A stretch of DNA of 64,000 nucleotides from Auanema rhodensis. Its lineage: Eukaryota > Animalia > Nematoda. The notes beneath the pieces are model-generated. The model was given only the letters and a program-made list of their open reading frames with translations. It did no database searches and was not told the origin of the DNA. Below, piece after piece: positions 24,101 to 38,600 of this stretch. Where the stretch lies: the NCBI GenBank assembly GCA_964057225.1, contig OZ059897.1:4216001-4280000 (forward strand). Direction: 5' to 3'. The first letter of the stretch is position 1. Each line of letters opens with the position of its first letter. The position numbers and the translations under genes are program-made.

Positions 24101-27100
24101 CTCGATTTTCACCCTGAAGAATTAATTTTTTCGTTGAATAACATTGTCCATCGTCTTTGCCTTGAAAAAAAAAATCTAAAAACTCCTACTTTTTGTGAAA
24201 TTATTTAGAAATTTTTCGGGAAAATTTTTGTCACAATGTTTTTGGAAGCAATGTTGAGTGTACATGGGAACTCAGCATACACTAATGCATTATTTTTCAA
24301 ACGATCATAACTAATTTTTGTATGGAGCGTTTCTCAATGTAGTATAGTGCATTCGATGCGGATTTTTAAGCTGCGTTGATCTGTGTTATCAGATTTGCGC
24401 TAGCTTAAAAATGCACCGAGTAATCAACTGATATAGGTTCACACTTATATCCTCGATTTTCACCCTGAAGAATTAATTTTTTCGTTGAATAACGTTGTCC
24501 ATCGTCTTTGCCTTGAAAAAAAAATCTAAAAACTCCTAGTTTTTGTGAAATTATTTAGAAATTTTTCGGGAAAATTTTTGTCACAATGTTTTTGGAAGCA
24601 ATGTTGAGTGTACATGGGAACTCAGCATACACTAATGCATTATTTTTCAAACGATCATAACTAATTTTTGTATGGAGCGTTTCTCAATGTAGTATAGTGC
24701 ATTCGATGCGGATTTTTAAGCTGCGTTGATCTGTGTTATCAGATTTGCGCTAGCTTAAAAATGCACCGAGTAATCAACTGATATAGGTTCACACTTATAT
24801 CCTCGATTTTCACCCTGAAGAATTAATTTTTTCGTTGAATAACGTTGTCCATCGTCTTTGCCTTGAACAAAAAAATCTAAAAACTCCTACTTTTTGTGAA
24901 ATTATTTAGAAATTTTTCGGGAAAATTTTTGTCACAATGTTTTTGGAAGCAATGTTGAGTGTACATGGGAACTCAGCATACACTAATGCATTATTTTTCA
25001 AACGATCATAACTAATTTTTGTATAGAGCGTTTCTCAATGTAGTATAGTGCATTCGATGCGGATTTTTAAGCTGCGTCGATATGTGTTATCAGATTTGAG
25101 TTAGCTTGAAAATGCACCGAGATATCAACTGATATATGTTCACACTTATATCCTCGATTTTCACCCTGAAGAATTAATTTTTTCGTTGAATAACATTGTC
25201 CATCGTCTTTGCCTTGAAAAAAGAAATCTAAAAACTCCTACTTTTTGTGAAATTATTTAGAAATTTTTCGGGAAAATTTTTGTCAAAATGTTTTTGGAAG
25301 CAATGTTGAGTGTACATGGGAACTCAGCATACACTAATGCATTATTTTTCGAACGATCATAACTAATTTTTGTATAGAGCGTTTCTCAATGTAGTATAGT
25401 TCATTCGATGCGGATTTTTAAGCTGCGTCGATCTGTGTTATCAGATTTGAGTTAGCTTAAAAATGCACCGAGATATCAACTGATATATGTTCACACTTAT
25501 ATCCTCGATTTTCACCCTGAAGAAATGATTTTTTCGTTAACAAACATTGTCCATCGTATTCGTCTTGAAAAAAGGAATCTAAAAACATCTACTTTTTGTG
25601 AAATTATTTAGAAATTTTTCGGGAAAATTTTTGTCACAATGTTTTTGGAAGCAATGTTGAGTGTACATGGGAACTCAGCATACACTAATGCATTATTTTT
25701 CAAACGATCATAACTAATTTTTGTATGGAGCGTTTCTCAATGTAGTATAGTGCATTCGATGCGGATTTTTAAGCTGCGTTGATCTGTGTTATCAGATTTG
25801 CGCTAGCTTAAAAATGCACCGAGTAATCAACTGATATAGGTTCACACTTATATCCTCGATTTTCACCCTGAAGAATTAATTTTTTCGTTGAATAACATTG
25901 TCCATCGTCTTTGCCTTGAAAAAAGAAATCTAAAAACTCCTACTTTTTGTGAAATTATTTAGAAATTTTTCGGGAAAATTTTTGTCACAATGTTTTTGGA
26001 AGCAATGTTGAGTGTACATGGGAACTCAGCATACACTAATGCATTATTTTTCAAACGATCATAACTAATTTTTGTATAGAGCGTTTCTCAATGTAGTATA
26101 GTGCATTCGATGCGGATTTTTAAGCTGCGTCGATATGTGTTATCAGATTTGAGTTAGCTTGAAAATGCACCGAGATATCAACTGATATATGTTCACACTT
26201 ATATCCTCGATTTTCACACTGAAGAATTAATTTTTTCGTTGAATAACATTGTCCATCGTCTTTGCCTTGAAAAAAGAAATCTAAAAACTCCTACTTTTTG
26301 TGAAATTATTTAGAAATTTTTCGGGAAAATTTTTGTCAAAATGTTTTTGGACGCAATGTTGAGTGTACATGGGAACTCAGCATACACTAATGCATTATTT
26401 TTCAAACGATCATAACTAATTTTTGTATAGAGCGTTTCTCAATGTAGTATAGTTCATTCGATGCGGATTTTTAAGCTGCGTCGATCTGTGTTATCAGATT
26501 TGAGTTAGCTTAAAAATGCACCGAGATATCAACTGATATATGTTCACACTTATATCCTCGATTTTCACCCTGAAGAATTAATTTTTTCGTTGAATAACAT
26601 TGTCCATCGTCTTTGCCTTGAAAAAAGAAATCTAAAAACTCCTACTTTTTGTGAAATTATTAAGAAATTTTTCGGGAAAATTTTTGTCACAATGTTTTTG
26701 GAAGCAATGTTGAGTGTAAATGGGAACTCAGCATACACTAATGCATTATTTTTCGAACGATCATAACTAATTTTTGTATAGAGCGTTTCTCAATGTAGTA
26801 TAGTGCATTCGATGCGGATTTTTAAGCTGCGTCGATCTGTGTTATCAGATTTGCGCTAGCTTAAAAATGCACCGAGTAATCAACTGATATAGGTTCACAC
26901 TTATATCCTCGATTTTCACCCTGAAGAATTAATTTTTTCGTTGAATAACATTGTCCATCGTCTTTGCCTTGAAAAAAGAAATCTAAAAACTCCTACTTTT
27001 TGTGAAATTATTAAGAAATTTTTCGGGAAAATTTTTGTCACAATGTTTTTGGAAGCAATGTTGAGTGTACATGGGAACTCAGCATACACTAATGCATTAT

Positions 27101-27830
27101 TTTTCGAACGATCATAACTAATTTTTGTATAGAGCGTTTCTCAATGTAGTATAGTGCATTCGATGCGGATTTTTAAGCTGCGTCGATCTGTGTTATCAGA
27201 TTTGCGCTAGCTTAAAAATGCACCGAGTAATCAACTGATATAGGTTCACACTTATATCCTCGATTTTCACCCTGAAGAATTAATTTTTTCGTTGAATAAC
27301 ATTGTCCATCGTCTTTGCCTTGAAAAAAGAAATCTAAAAACTCCTACTTTTTGTGAAATTATTTAGAAATTTTTCGGGAAAATTTTTGTCACAATGTTTT
27401 TGGAAGCAATGTTGAGTGTACATGGGAACTCAACATACACTAATGCATTATTTTTCAAACGATCATAACTAATTTTTGTATAGAGCGTTTCTCAATGTAG
27501 TATAGTGCATTCGATGCGGATTTTTAAGCTGCGTCGATCTGTGTTATCAGATTTGAGTTAGCTTGAAAATGCACCGAGATATCAACTGATATATGTTCAC
27601 ACTTATATCCTCGATTTTCACCCTGAAGAATTAATTTTTTCGTTGAAAAACATTGTCCATCGTATTCGTCTTGAAAAAAGGAATCTAAAAACATCTACTT
27701 TTTGTGAAATTATTTAGAAATTTTTCGGGAAAATTTTTGTCACAATGTTTTTGGAAGCAATGTTGAGTGTACATGGGAACTCAGCATACACTAATGCATT
27801 ATTTTTCAAACGATCATAACTAATTTTTGT
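18200..27830. repeat. 12-mer HOR (~4211 bp, two copies) with a nested 4-mer duplication in the first copy
   Basis: TTGAACAAAA at 19253, 20657 (+1404) and 24868 (+4211). TTCACACTG at 22007 and 26218. TTCGAACG at ~21139/22543/22894 and ~25350/26754/27105. CCTAGTTTTTG at ~18921 and ~24536 (16x351 - 1). Confidence 0.8.
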
Positions 27831-28199
27831 ATAGAGCGTTTCTCAATGTAGTATAGTGCATTCGATGCGGATTTTTAAGCTGCGTCGATCTGTGTTATCA
27901 GATTTGAGTTAGCTTAAAAATGCACCGAGATATCAACTGATATATGTTCACACTTATATCCTCGATTTTCACCCTGAAGAAATGATTTTTTCGTTGAAAA
28001 ACATTGTCCATCGTATTCGTCTTGAAAAAAAGAATCTAAAAACATCTACTTTTTGTGAAATTATTCAGAAATTTTTCGGGAAAATTTTTGTCAAAATGTT
28101 TTTGGAAGCAATGTTGAGTGTACATGGGAACTCAACATACACTAATGCATTATTTTTCAAACGATCATAACTAATTTTTGTATAGAGCGTTTCTCAATG

Positions 28200-31100
28200 T
28201 AGTATAGTGCATTCGATGCGGATTTTTAAGCTGCGTCGATATGTGTTATCAGATTTGAGTTAGCTTGAAAATGCACCGAGATATCAACTGATATATGTTC
28301 ACACTTATATCCTCGATTTTCACCCTGAAGAATTAATTTTTTCGTTGAATAACATTGTCCATCGTCTTTGCCTTGAAAAAAGAAATCTAAAAACTCCTAC
28401 TTTTTGTGAAATTATTTAGAAATTTTTCGGGAAAATTTTTGTCAAAATGTTTTTGGAAGCAATGTTGAGTGTACATGGGAACTCAGCATACACTAATGCA
28501 TTATTTTTCAAACGATCATAACTAATTTTTGTATAGAGCGTTTCTCAATGTAGTATAGTTCATTCGATGCGGATTTTTAAGCTGCGTCGATCTGTGTTAT
28601 CAGATTTGAGTTAGCTTAAAAATGCACCGAGATATCAACTGATATATGTTCACACTTATATCCTCGATTTTCACCCTGAAGAAATGATTTTTTCGTTAAC
28701 AAACATTGTCCATCGTATTCGTCTTGAAAAAAGGAATCTAAAAACATCTACTTTTTGTGAAATTATTTAGAAATTTTTCGGGAAAATTTTTGTCAAAATG
28801 TTTTTGGAAGCAATGTTGAGTGTACATGGGAACTCAACATACACTAATGCATTATTTTTCAAACGATCATAACTAATTTTTGTATAGAGCGTTTCTCAAT
28901 GTAGTATAGTGCATTCGATGCGGATTTTTAAGCTGCGTCGATCTGTGTTATCAGATTTGCGCTAGCTTAAAAATGCACCGAGTAATCAACTGATATAGGT
29001 TCACACTTATATCCTCGATTTTAACCCTGAAGAATTAATTTTTTCGTTGAATAACATTGTCCATCGTCTTTGCCTTGAAAAAAGAAATCTAAAAACTCCT
29101 ACTTTTTGTGAAATTATTGAGAAATTTTTCGGGAAAATTTTTGTCACAATGTTTTTGGAAGCAATGTTGAGTGTACATGGGAACTCAGCATACACTAATG
29201 CATTATTTTTCAAACGATCATAACTAATTTTTGTATAGAGCGTTTCTCAATGTAGTATAGTGCATTCGATGCGGATTTTTAAGCTGCGTCGATCTGTGTT
29301 ATCAGATTTGCGCTAGCTTAAAAATGCACCGAGTAATCAACTGATATAGGTTCACACTTATATCCTCGATTTTCACCCTGAAGAATTAATTTTTTCGTTG
29401 AATAACATTGTCCATCGTCTTTGCCTTGAAAAAAGAAATCTAAAAACTCCTACTTTTTGTGAAATTATTTAGAAATTTTTCGGGAAAATTTTTGTCACAA
29501 TGTTTTTGGAAGCAATGTTGAGTGTACATGGGAACTCAGCATACACTAATGCATTATTTTTCAAACGATCATAACTAATTTTTGTATAGAGCGTTTCTCA
29601 ATGTAGTATAGTGCATTCGATGCGGATTTTTAAGCTGCGTCGATCTGTGTTATCAGATTTGCGCTAGCTTAAAAATGCACCGAGTAATCAACTGATATAG
29701 GTTCACACTTATATCCTCGATTTTCACCCTGAAGAATTAATTTTTTCGTTGAATAACATTGTCCATCGTCTTTGCCTTGAAAGAAGAAATCTAAAAACTC
29801 CTACTTTTTGTGAAATTATTTAGAAATTTTTCGAGAAAATTTTTGTCACAATGTTTTTGGAAGCAATGTTGAGTGTACATGGGAACTCAGCATACACTAA
29901 TGCATTATTTTTCAAACGATCATAACTAATTTTTGTATAGAGCGTTTCTCAATGTAGTATAGTGCATTCGATGCGGATTTTTAAGCTGCGTCGATATGTG
30001 TTATCAGATTTGAGTTAGCTTGAAAATGCACCGAGATATCAACTGATATATGTTCACACTTATATCCTCGATTTTCACCCTGAAGAATTAATTTTTTCGT
30101 TGAATAACATTGTCCATCGTCTTTGCCTTGAAAAAAGAAATCTAAAAACTCCTACTTTTTGTGAAATTATTTAGAAATTTTTCGGGAAAATTTTTGTCAA
30201 AATGTTTTTGGAAGCAATGTTGAGTGTACATGGGAACTCAGCATACACTAATGCATTATTTTTCAAACGATCATAACTAATTTTTGTATAGAGCGTTTCT
30301 CAATGTAGTATAGTTCATTCGATGCGGATTTTTAAGCTGCGTCGATCTGTGTTATCAGATTTGAGTTAGCTTAAAAATGCACCGAGATATCAACTGATAT
30401 ATGTTCACACTTATATCCTCGATTTTCACCCTGAAGAAATGATTTTTTCGTTAACAAACATTGTCCATCGTATTCGTCTTGAAAAAAGGAATGTAAAAAC
30501 ATCTACTTTTTGTGAAATTATTTAGAAATTTTTCGGGAAAATTTTTGTCAAAATGTTTTTGGAAGCAATGTTGAGTGTACATGGGAACTCAACATACACT
30601 AATGCATTATTTTTCAAACGATCATAACTAATTTTTGTATAGAGCGTTTCTCAATGTAGTATAGTGCATTCGATGCGGATTTTTAAGCTGCGTCGATCTG
30701 TGTTATCAGATTTGCGCTAGCTTAAAAATGCACCGAGTAATCAACTGATATAGGTTCACACTTATATCCTCGATTTTCACCCTGAAGAATTAATTTTTTC
30801 GTTGAATAACATTGTCCATCGTCTTTGCCTTGAAAAAAGAAATCTAAAAACTCCTACTTTTTGTGAAATTATTAAGAAATTTTTCGGGAAAATTTTTGTC
30901 ACAATGTTTTTGGAAGCAATGTTGAGTGTACATGGGAACTCAGCATACACTAATGCATTATTTTTCGAACGATCATAACTAATTTTTGTATAGAGCGTTT
31001 CTCAATGTAGTATAGTGCATTCGATGCGGATTTTTAAGCTGCGTCGATCTGTGTTATCAGATTTGCGCTAGCTTAAAAATGCACCGAGTAATCAACTGAT

Positions 31101-31400
31101 ATAGGTTCACACTTATATCCTCGATTTTCACCCTGAAGAATTAATTTTTTCGTTGAATAACATTGTCCATCGTCTTTGCCTTGAAAAAAGAAATCTAAAA
31201 ACTCCTACTTTTTGTGAAATTATTTAGAAATTTTTCGGGAAAATTTTTGTCACAATGTTTTTGGAAGCAATGTTGAGTGTACATGGGAACTCAACATACA
31301 CTAATGCATTATTTTTCAAACGATCATAACTAATTTTTGTATAGAGCGTTTCTCAATGTAGTATAGTGCATTCGATGCGGATTTTTAAGCTGCGTCGATC
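28200..31400. repeat. 5-mer HOR-like duplication (1755-bp offset)
   Basis: GATATGTG at ~28241/29996, TAGTTCATTC at ~28560/30315, TTAACAAAC at ~28698/30453. Confidence 0.7.
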
Positions 31401-32099
31401 TGTGTTATCAGATTTGAGTTAGCTTGAAAATGCACCGAGATATCAACTGATATATGTTCACACTTATATCCTCGATTTTCACCCTGAAGAATTAATTTTT
31501 TCGTTGAATAACATTGTCCATCGTCTTTGCCTTGAAAAAAGAAATCTAAAAACTCCTACTTTTTGTGAAATTATTTAGAAATTTTTCGGGAAAATTTTTG
31601 TCACAATGTTTTTGGAAGCAATGTTGAGTGTACATGGGAACTCAACATACACTAATGCATTATTTTTCAAACGATCATAACTAATTTTTGTATGGAGCGT
31701 TTCTCAATGTAGTATAGTGCATTCGATGCGAATTTTTAAGCTGCGTTGATCTGTGTTATCAGATTTGCGCTAGCTTAAAAATGCACCGAGTAATCAACTG
31801 ATATAGGTTCACACTTATATCCTCGATTTTCACCCTGAAGAATTAATTTTTTCGTTGAATAACATTGTCCATCGTCTTTGCCTTGAAAAAAGAAATCTAA
31901 AAACTCCTACTTTTTGTGAAATTATTTAGAAATTTTTCGGGAAAATTTTTGTCACAATGTTTTTGGAAGCAATGTTGAGTGTACATGGGAACTCAACATA
32001 CACTAATGCATTATTTTTCAAACGATCATAACTAATTTTTGTATAGAGCGTTTCTCAATGTAGTATAGTGCATTCGATGCGGATTTTTAAGCTGCGTCG

Positions 32100-35000
32100 A
32101 TCTGTGTTATCAGATTTGAGTTAGCTTGAAAATGCACCGAGATATCAACTGATATATGTTCACACTTATATCCTCGATTTTCACCCTGAAGAATTAATTT
32201 TTTCGTTGAATAACATTGTCCATCGTCTTTGCCTTGAAAAAAGAAATCTAAAAACTCCTACTTTTTGTGAAATTATTTAGAAATTTTTCGGGAAAATTTT
32301 TGTCACAATGTTTTTGGAAGCAATGTTGAGTGTACATGGGAACTCAACATACACTAATGCATTATTTTTCAAACGATCATAACTAATTTTTGTATGGAGC
32401 GTTTCTCAATGTAGTATAGTGCATTCGATGCGGATTTTTAAGCTGCGTTGATCTGTGTTATCAGATTTGCGCTAGCTTAAAAATGCACCGAGTAATCAAC
32501 TGATATAGGTTCACACTTATATCCTCGATTTTCACCCTGAAGAATTAATTTTTTCGTTGAATAACATTGTCCATCGTCTTTGCCTTGAAAAAAGAAATCT
32601 AAAAACTCCTACTTTTTGTGAAATTATTTAGAAATTTTTCGGGAAAATTTTTGTCACAATGTTTTTGGAAGCAATGTTGAGTGTACATGGGAACTCAGCA
32701 TACACTAATGCATTATTTTTCAAACGATCATAACTAATTTTTGTATGGAGCGTTTCTCAATGTAGTATAGTGCATTCGATGCGGATTTTTAAGCTGCGTT
32801 GATCTGTGTTATCAGATTTGCGCTAGCTTAAAAATGCACCGAGTAATCAACTGATATAGGTTCACACTTATATCCTCGATTTTCACCCTGAAGAATTAAT
32901 TTTTTCGTTGAATAACGTTGTCCATCGTCTTTGCCTTGAAAAAAAAAATCTAAAAACTCCTACTTTTTGTGAAATTATTTAGAAATTTTTCGGGAAAATT
33001 TTTGTCACAATGTTTTTGGAAGCAATGTTGAGTGTACATGGGAACTCAGCATACACTAATGCATTATTTTTCAAACGATCATAACTAATTTTTGTATGGA
33101 GCGTTTCTCAATGTAGTATAGTGCATTCGATGCGGATTTTTAAGCTGCGTTGATCTGTGTTATCAGATTTGCGCTAGCTTAAAAATGCACCGAGTAATCA
33201 ACTGATATATGTTCACACTTATATCCTCGATTTTCACCCTGAAGAAATGATTTTTTCGTTGAAAAACATTGTCCATCGTATTCGTCTTGAAAAAAGGAAT
33301 CTAAAAACATCTACTTTTTGTGAAATTATTTAGAAATTTTTCGGGAAAATTTTTGTCACAATGTTTTTGGAAGCAATGTTGAGTGTACATGGGAACTCAG
33401 CATACACTAATGCATTATTTTTCAAACGATCATAACTAATTTTTGTATAGAGCGTTTCTCAATGTAGTATAGTGCATTCGATGCGGATTTTTAAGCTGCG
33501 TCGATCTGTGTTATCAGATTTGCGCTAGCTTAAAAATGCACCGAGTAATCAACTGATATAGGTTCACACTTATATCCTCGATTTTCACCCTGAAGAATTA
33601 ATTTTTTCGTTGAATAACATTGTCCATCGTCTTTGCCTTGAAAAAAGAAATCTAAAAACTCCTACTTTTTGTGAAATTATTTAGAAATTTTTCGGGAAAA
33701 TTTTTGTCACAATGTTTTTGGAAGCAATGTTGAGTGTACATGGGAACTCAGCATACACTAATGCATTATTTTTCAAACGATCATAACTAATTTTTGTATG
33801 GAGCGTTTCTCAATGTAGTATAGTGCATTCGATGCGGATTTTTAAGCTGCGTTGATCTGTGTTATCAGATTTGCGCTAGCTTAAAAATGCACCGAGTAAT
33901 CAACTGATATAGGTTCACACTTATATCCTCGATTTTCACCCTGAAGAATTAATTTTTTCGTTGAATAACGTTGTCCATCGTCTTTGCCTTGAAAAAAAAA
34001 ATCTAAAAACTCCTACTTTTTGTGAAATTATTTAGAAATTTTTCGGGAAAATTTTTGTCACAATGTTTTTGGAAGCAATGTTGAGTGTACATGGGAACTC
34101 AGCATACACTAATGCATTATTTTTCAAACGATCATAACTAATTTTTGTATGGAGCGTTTCTCAATGTAGTATAGTGCATTCGATGCGGATTTTTAAGCTG
34201 CGTCGATCTGTGTTATCAGATTTGAGTTAGCTTGAAAATGCACCGAGATATCAACTGATATATGTTCACACTTATATCCTCGATTTTCACCCTGAAGAAT
34301 TAATTTTTTCGTTGAATAACATTGTCCATCGTCTTTGCCTTGAAAAAAGAAATCTAAAAACTCCTACTTTTTGTGAAATTATTTAGAAATTTTTCGGGAA
34401 AATTTTTGTCACAATGTTTTTGGAAGCAATGTTGAGTGTACATGGGAACTCAACATACACTAATGCATTATTTTTCAAACGATCATAACTAATTTTTGTA
34501 TGGAGCGTTTCTCAATGTAGTATAGTGCATTCGATGCGGATTTTTAAGCTGCGTTGATCTGTGTTATCAGATTTGCGCTAGCTTAAAAATGCACCGAGTA
34601 ATCAACTGATATAGGTTCACACTTATATCCTCGATTTTCACCCTGAAGAATTAATTTTTTCGTTGAATAACATTGTCCATCGTCTTTGCCTTGAAAAAAG
34701 AAATCTAAAAACTCCTACTTTTTGTGAAATTATTTAGAAATTTTTCGGGAAAATTTTTGTCACAATGTTTTTGGAAGCAATGTTGAGTGTACATGGGAAC
34801 TCAGCATACACTAATGCATTATTTTTCAAACGATCATAACTAATTTTTGTATGGAGCGTTTCTCAATGTAGTATAGTGCATTCGATGCGGATTTTTAAGC
34901 TGCGTTGATCTGTGTTATCAGATTTGCGCTAGCTTAAAAATGCACCGAGTAATCAACTGATATAGGTTCACACTTATATCCTCGATTTTCACCCTGAAGA

Positions 35001-35600
35001 ATTAATTTTTTCGTTGAATAACGTTGTCCATCGTCTTTGCCTTGAAAAAAAAAATCTAAAAACTCCTACTTTTTGTGAAATTATTTAGAAATTTTTCGGG
35101 AAAATTTTTGTCACAATGTTTTTGGAAGCAATGTTGAGTGTACATGGGAACTCAGCATACACTAATGCATTATTTTTCAAACGATCATAACTAATTTTTG
35201 TATGGAGCGTTTCTCAATGTAGTATAGTGCATTCGATGCGGATTTTTAAGCTGCGTTGATCTGTGTTATCAGATTTGCGCTAGCTTAAAAATGCACCGAG
35301 TAATCAACTGATATATGTTCACACTTATATCCTCGATTTTCACCCTGAAGAAATGATTTTTTCGTTGAAAAACATTGTCCATCGTATTCGTCTTGAAAAA
35401 AGGAATCTAAAAACATCTACTTTTTGTGAAATTATTTAGAAATTTTTCGGGAAAATTTTTGTCACAATGTTTTTGGAAGCAATGTTGAGTGTACATGGGA
35501 ACTCAGCATACACTAATGCATTATTTTTCAAACGATCATAACTAATTTTTGTATAGAGCGTTTCTCAATGTAGTATAGTGCATTCGATGCGGATTTTTAA
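32100..35600. repeat. A-rich domain with 3-mer/6-mer periodicity
   Basis: TAACGTTG with a 10-A run at ~32915, 33969, 35022 (step 1053). The chimeric GTAATC..TATG..AAATGA monomer has its ATG at 33247 and 35353 (2106). Confidence 0.7.
33300..33371. other. Third imperfect inverted repeat, centred on TCGGG (representative copy)
   Basis: Pairings TCTAAAAACAT/ATGTTTTTGGA (10 of 11 plus one G-T), TGTGA/TCACA and AAATTTT/AAAATTT around TCGGG. The arms are low-complexity and asymmetric. Confidence 0.65.
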
Positions 35601-35699
35601 GCTGCGTCGATCTGTGTTATCAGATTTGAGTTAGCTTAAAAATGCACCGAGATATCAACTGATATAGGTTCACACTTATATCCTCGATTTTCACCCTGA

Positions 35700-38600
35700 A
35701 GAATTAATTTTTTCGTTGAATAACATTGTCCATCGTCTTTGCCTTGAAAAAAGAAATCTAAAAACTCCTACTTTTTGTGAAATTATTTAGAAATTTTTCG
35801 GGAAAATTTTTGTCACAATGTTTTTGGAAGCAATGTTGAGTGTACATGGGAACTCAGCATACACTAATGCATTATTTTTCAAACGATCATAACTAAATTT
35901 TGTATAGAGCGTTTCTCAATGTAGTATAGTGCATTCGATGCGGATTTTTAAGCTGCGTCGATCTGTGTTATCAGATTTGAGTTAGCTTAAAAATGCACCG
36001 AGATATCAACTGATATATGTTCACACTTATATCCTCGATTTTCACCCTGAAGAAATGATTTTTTCGTTGAAAAACATTGTCCATCGTATTCGTCTTGAAA
36101 AAAAGAATCTAAAAACATCTACTTTTTGTGAAATTATTCAGAAATTTTTCGGGAAAATTTTTGTCAAAATGTTTTTGGAAGCAATGTTGAGTGTACATGG
36201 GAACTCAACATACACTAATGCATTATTTTTCAAACGATCATAACTAATTTTTGTATGGAGCGTTTCTCAATGTAGTATAGTGCATTCGATGCGGATTTTT
36301 AAGCTGCGTTGATCTGTGTTATCAGATTTGCGCTAGCTTAAAAATGCACCGAGTAATCAACTGATATAGGTTCACACTTATATCCTCGATTTTCACCCTG
36401 AAGAATTAATTTTTTCGTTGAATAACGTTGTCCATCGTCTTTGCCTTGAAAAAAGAAATCTAAAAACTCTTGCTTTTTGTGAAATTATTTAGAAATTTTT
36501 CGGGAAAATTTTTGTCACAATGTTTTTGGAAGCAATGTTGAGTGTACATGGGAACTCAACATACACTAATGCATTATTTTTCAAACGATCATAACTAATT
36601 TTTGTATGGAGCGTTTCTCAATGTAGTATAGTGCATTCGATGCGGATTTTTAAGCTGCGTTGATCTGTGTTATCAGATTTGCGCTAGCTTAAAAATGCAC
36701 CGAGTAATCAACTGATATAGGTTCACACTTATATCCTCGATTTTCACCCTGAAGAATTAATTTTTTCGTTGAATAACATTGTCCATCGTCTTTGCCTTGA
36801 AAAAAGAAATCTAAAAACTCCTACTTTTTGTGAAATTATTTAGAAATTTTTCGGGAAAATTTTTGTCACAATGTTTTTGGAAGCAATGTTGAGTGTACAT
36901 GGGAACTCAGCATACACTAATGCATTATTTTTCAAACGATCATAACTAATTTTTGTATGGAGCGTTTCTCAATGTAGTATAGTGCATTCGATGCGGATTT
37001 TTAAGCTGCGTTGATCTGTGTTATCAGATTTGCGCTAGCTTAAAAATGCACCGAGTAATCAACTGATATAGGTTCACACTTATATCCTCGATTTTCACCC
37101 TGAAGAATTAATTTTTTCGTTGAATAACATTGTCCATCGTCTTTGCCTTGAAAAAAGAAATCTAAAAACTCCTACTTTTTGTGAAATTATTTAGAAATTT
37201 TTCGGGAAAATTTTTGTCACAATGTTTTTGGAAGCAATGTTGAGTGTACATGGGAACTCAGCATACACTAATGCATTATTTTTCAAACGATCATAACTAA
37301 ATTTTGTATAGAGCGTTTCTCAATGTAGTATAGTGCATTCGATGCGGATTTTTAAGCTGCGTCGATCTGTGTTATCAGATTTGAGTTAGCTTAAAAATGC
37401 ACCGAGATATCAACTGATATATGTTCACACTTATATCCTCGATTTTCACCCTGAAGAAATGATTTTTTCGTTGAAAAACATTGTCCATCGTATTCGTCTT
37501 GAAAAAAAGAATCTAAAAACATCTACTTTTTGTGAAATTATTCAGAAATTTTTCGGGAAAATTTTTGTCAAAATGTTTTTGGAAGCAATGTTGAGTGTAC
37601 ATGGGAACTCAACATACACTAATGCATTATTTTTCAAACGATCATAACTAATTTTTGTATGGAGCGTTTCTCAATGTAGTATAGTGCATTCGATGCGGAT
37701 TTTTAAGCTGCGTTGATCTGTGTTATCAGATTTGCGCTAGCTTAAAAATGCACCGAGTAATCAACTGATATAGGTTCACACTTATATCCTCGATTTTCAC
37801 CCTGAAGAATTAATTTTTTCGTTGAATAACATTGTCCATCGTCTTTGCCTTGAAAAAAGAAATCTAAAAACTCCTACTTTTTGTGAAATTATTTAGAAAT
37901 TTTTCGGGAAAATTTTTGTCACAATGTTTTTGGAAGCAATGTTGAGTGTACATGGGAACTCAACATACACTAATGCATTATTTTTCAAACGATCATAACT
38001 AATTTTTGTATGGAGCGTTTCTCAATGTAGTATAGTGCATTCGATGCGGATTTTTAAGCTGCGTTGATCTGTGTTATCAGATTTGCGCTAGCTTAAAAAT
38101 GCACCGAGTAATCAACTGATATAGGTTCACACTTATATCCTCGATTTTCACCCTGAAGAATTAATTTTTTCGTTGAATAACATTGTCCATCGTCTTTGCC
38201 TTGAAAAAAGAAATCTAAAAACTCCTACTTTTCGTGAAATTATTTAGAAATTTTTCGGGAAAATTTTTGTCACAATGTTTTTGGAAGCAATGTTGAGTGT
38301 ACATGGGAACTCAGCATACACTAATGCATTATTTTTCAAACGATCATAACTAATTTTTGTATAGAGCGTTTCTCAATGTAGTATAGTGCATTCGATGCGG
38401 ATTTTTAAGCTGCGTCGATCTGTGTTATCAGATTTGAGTTAGCTTAAAAATGCACCGAGATATCAACTGATATATGTTCACACTTATATCCTCGATTTTC
38501 ACCCTGAAGAAATGATTTTTTCGTTGAAAAACATTGTCCATCGTATTCGTCTTGAAAAAAAGAATCTAAAAACATCTACTTTTTGTGAAATTATTCAGAA

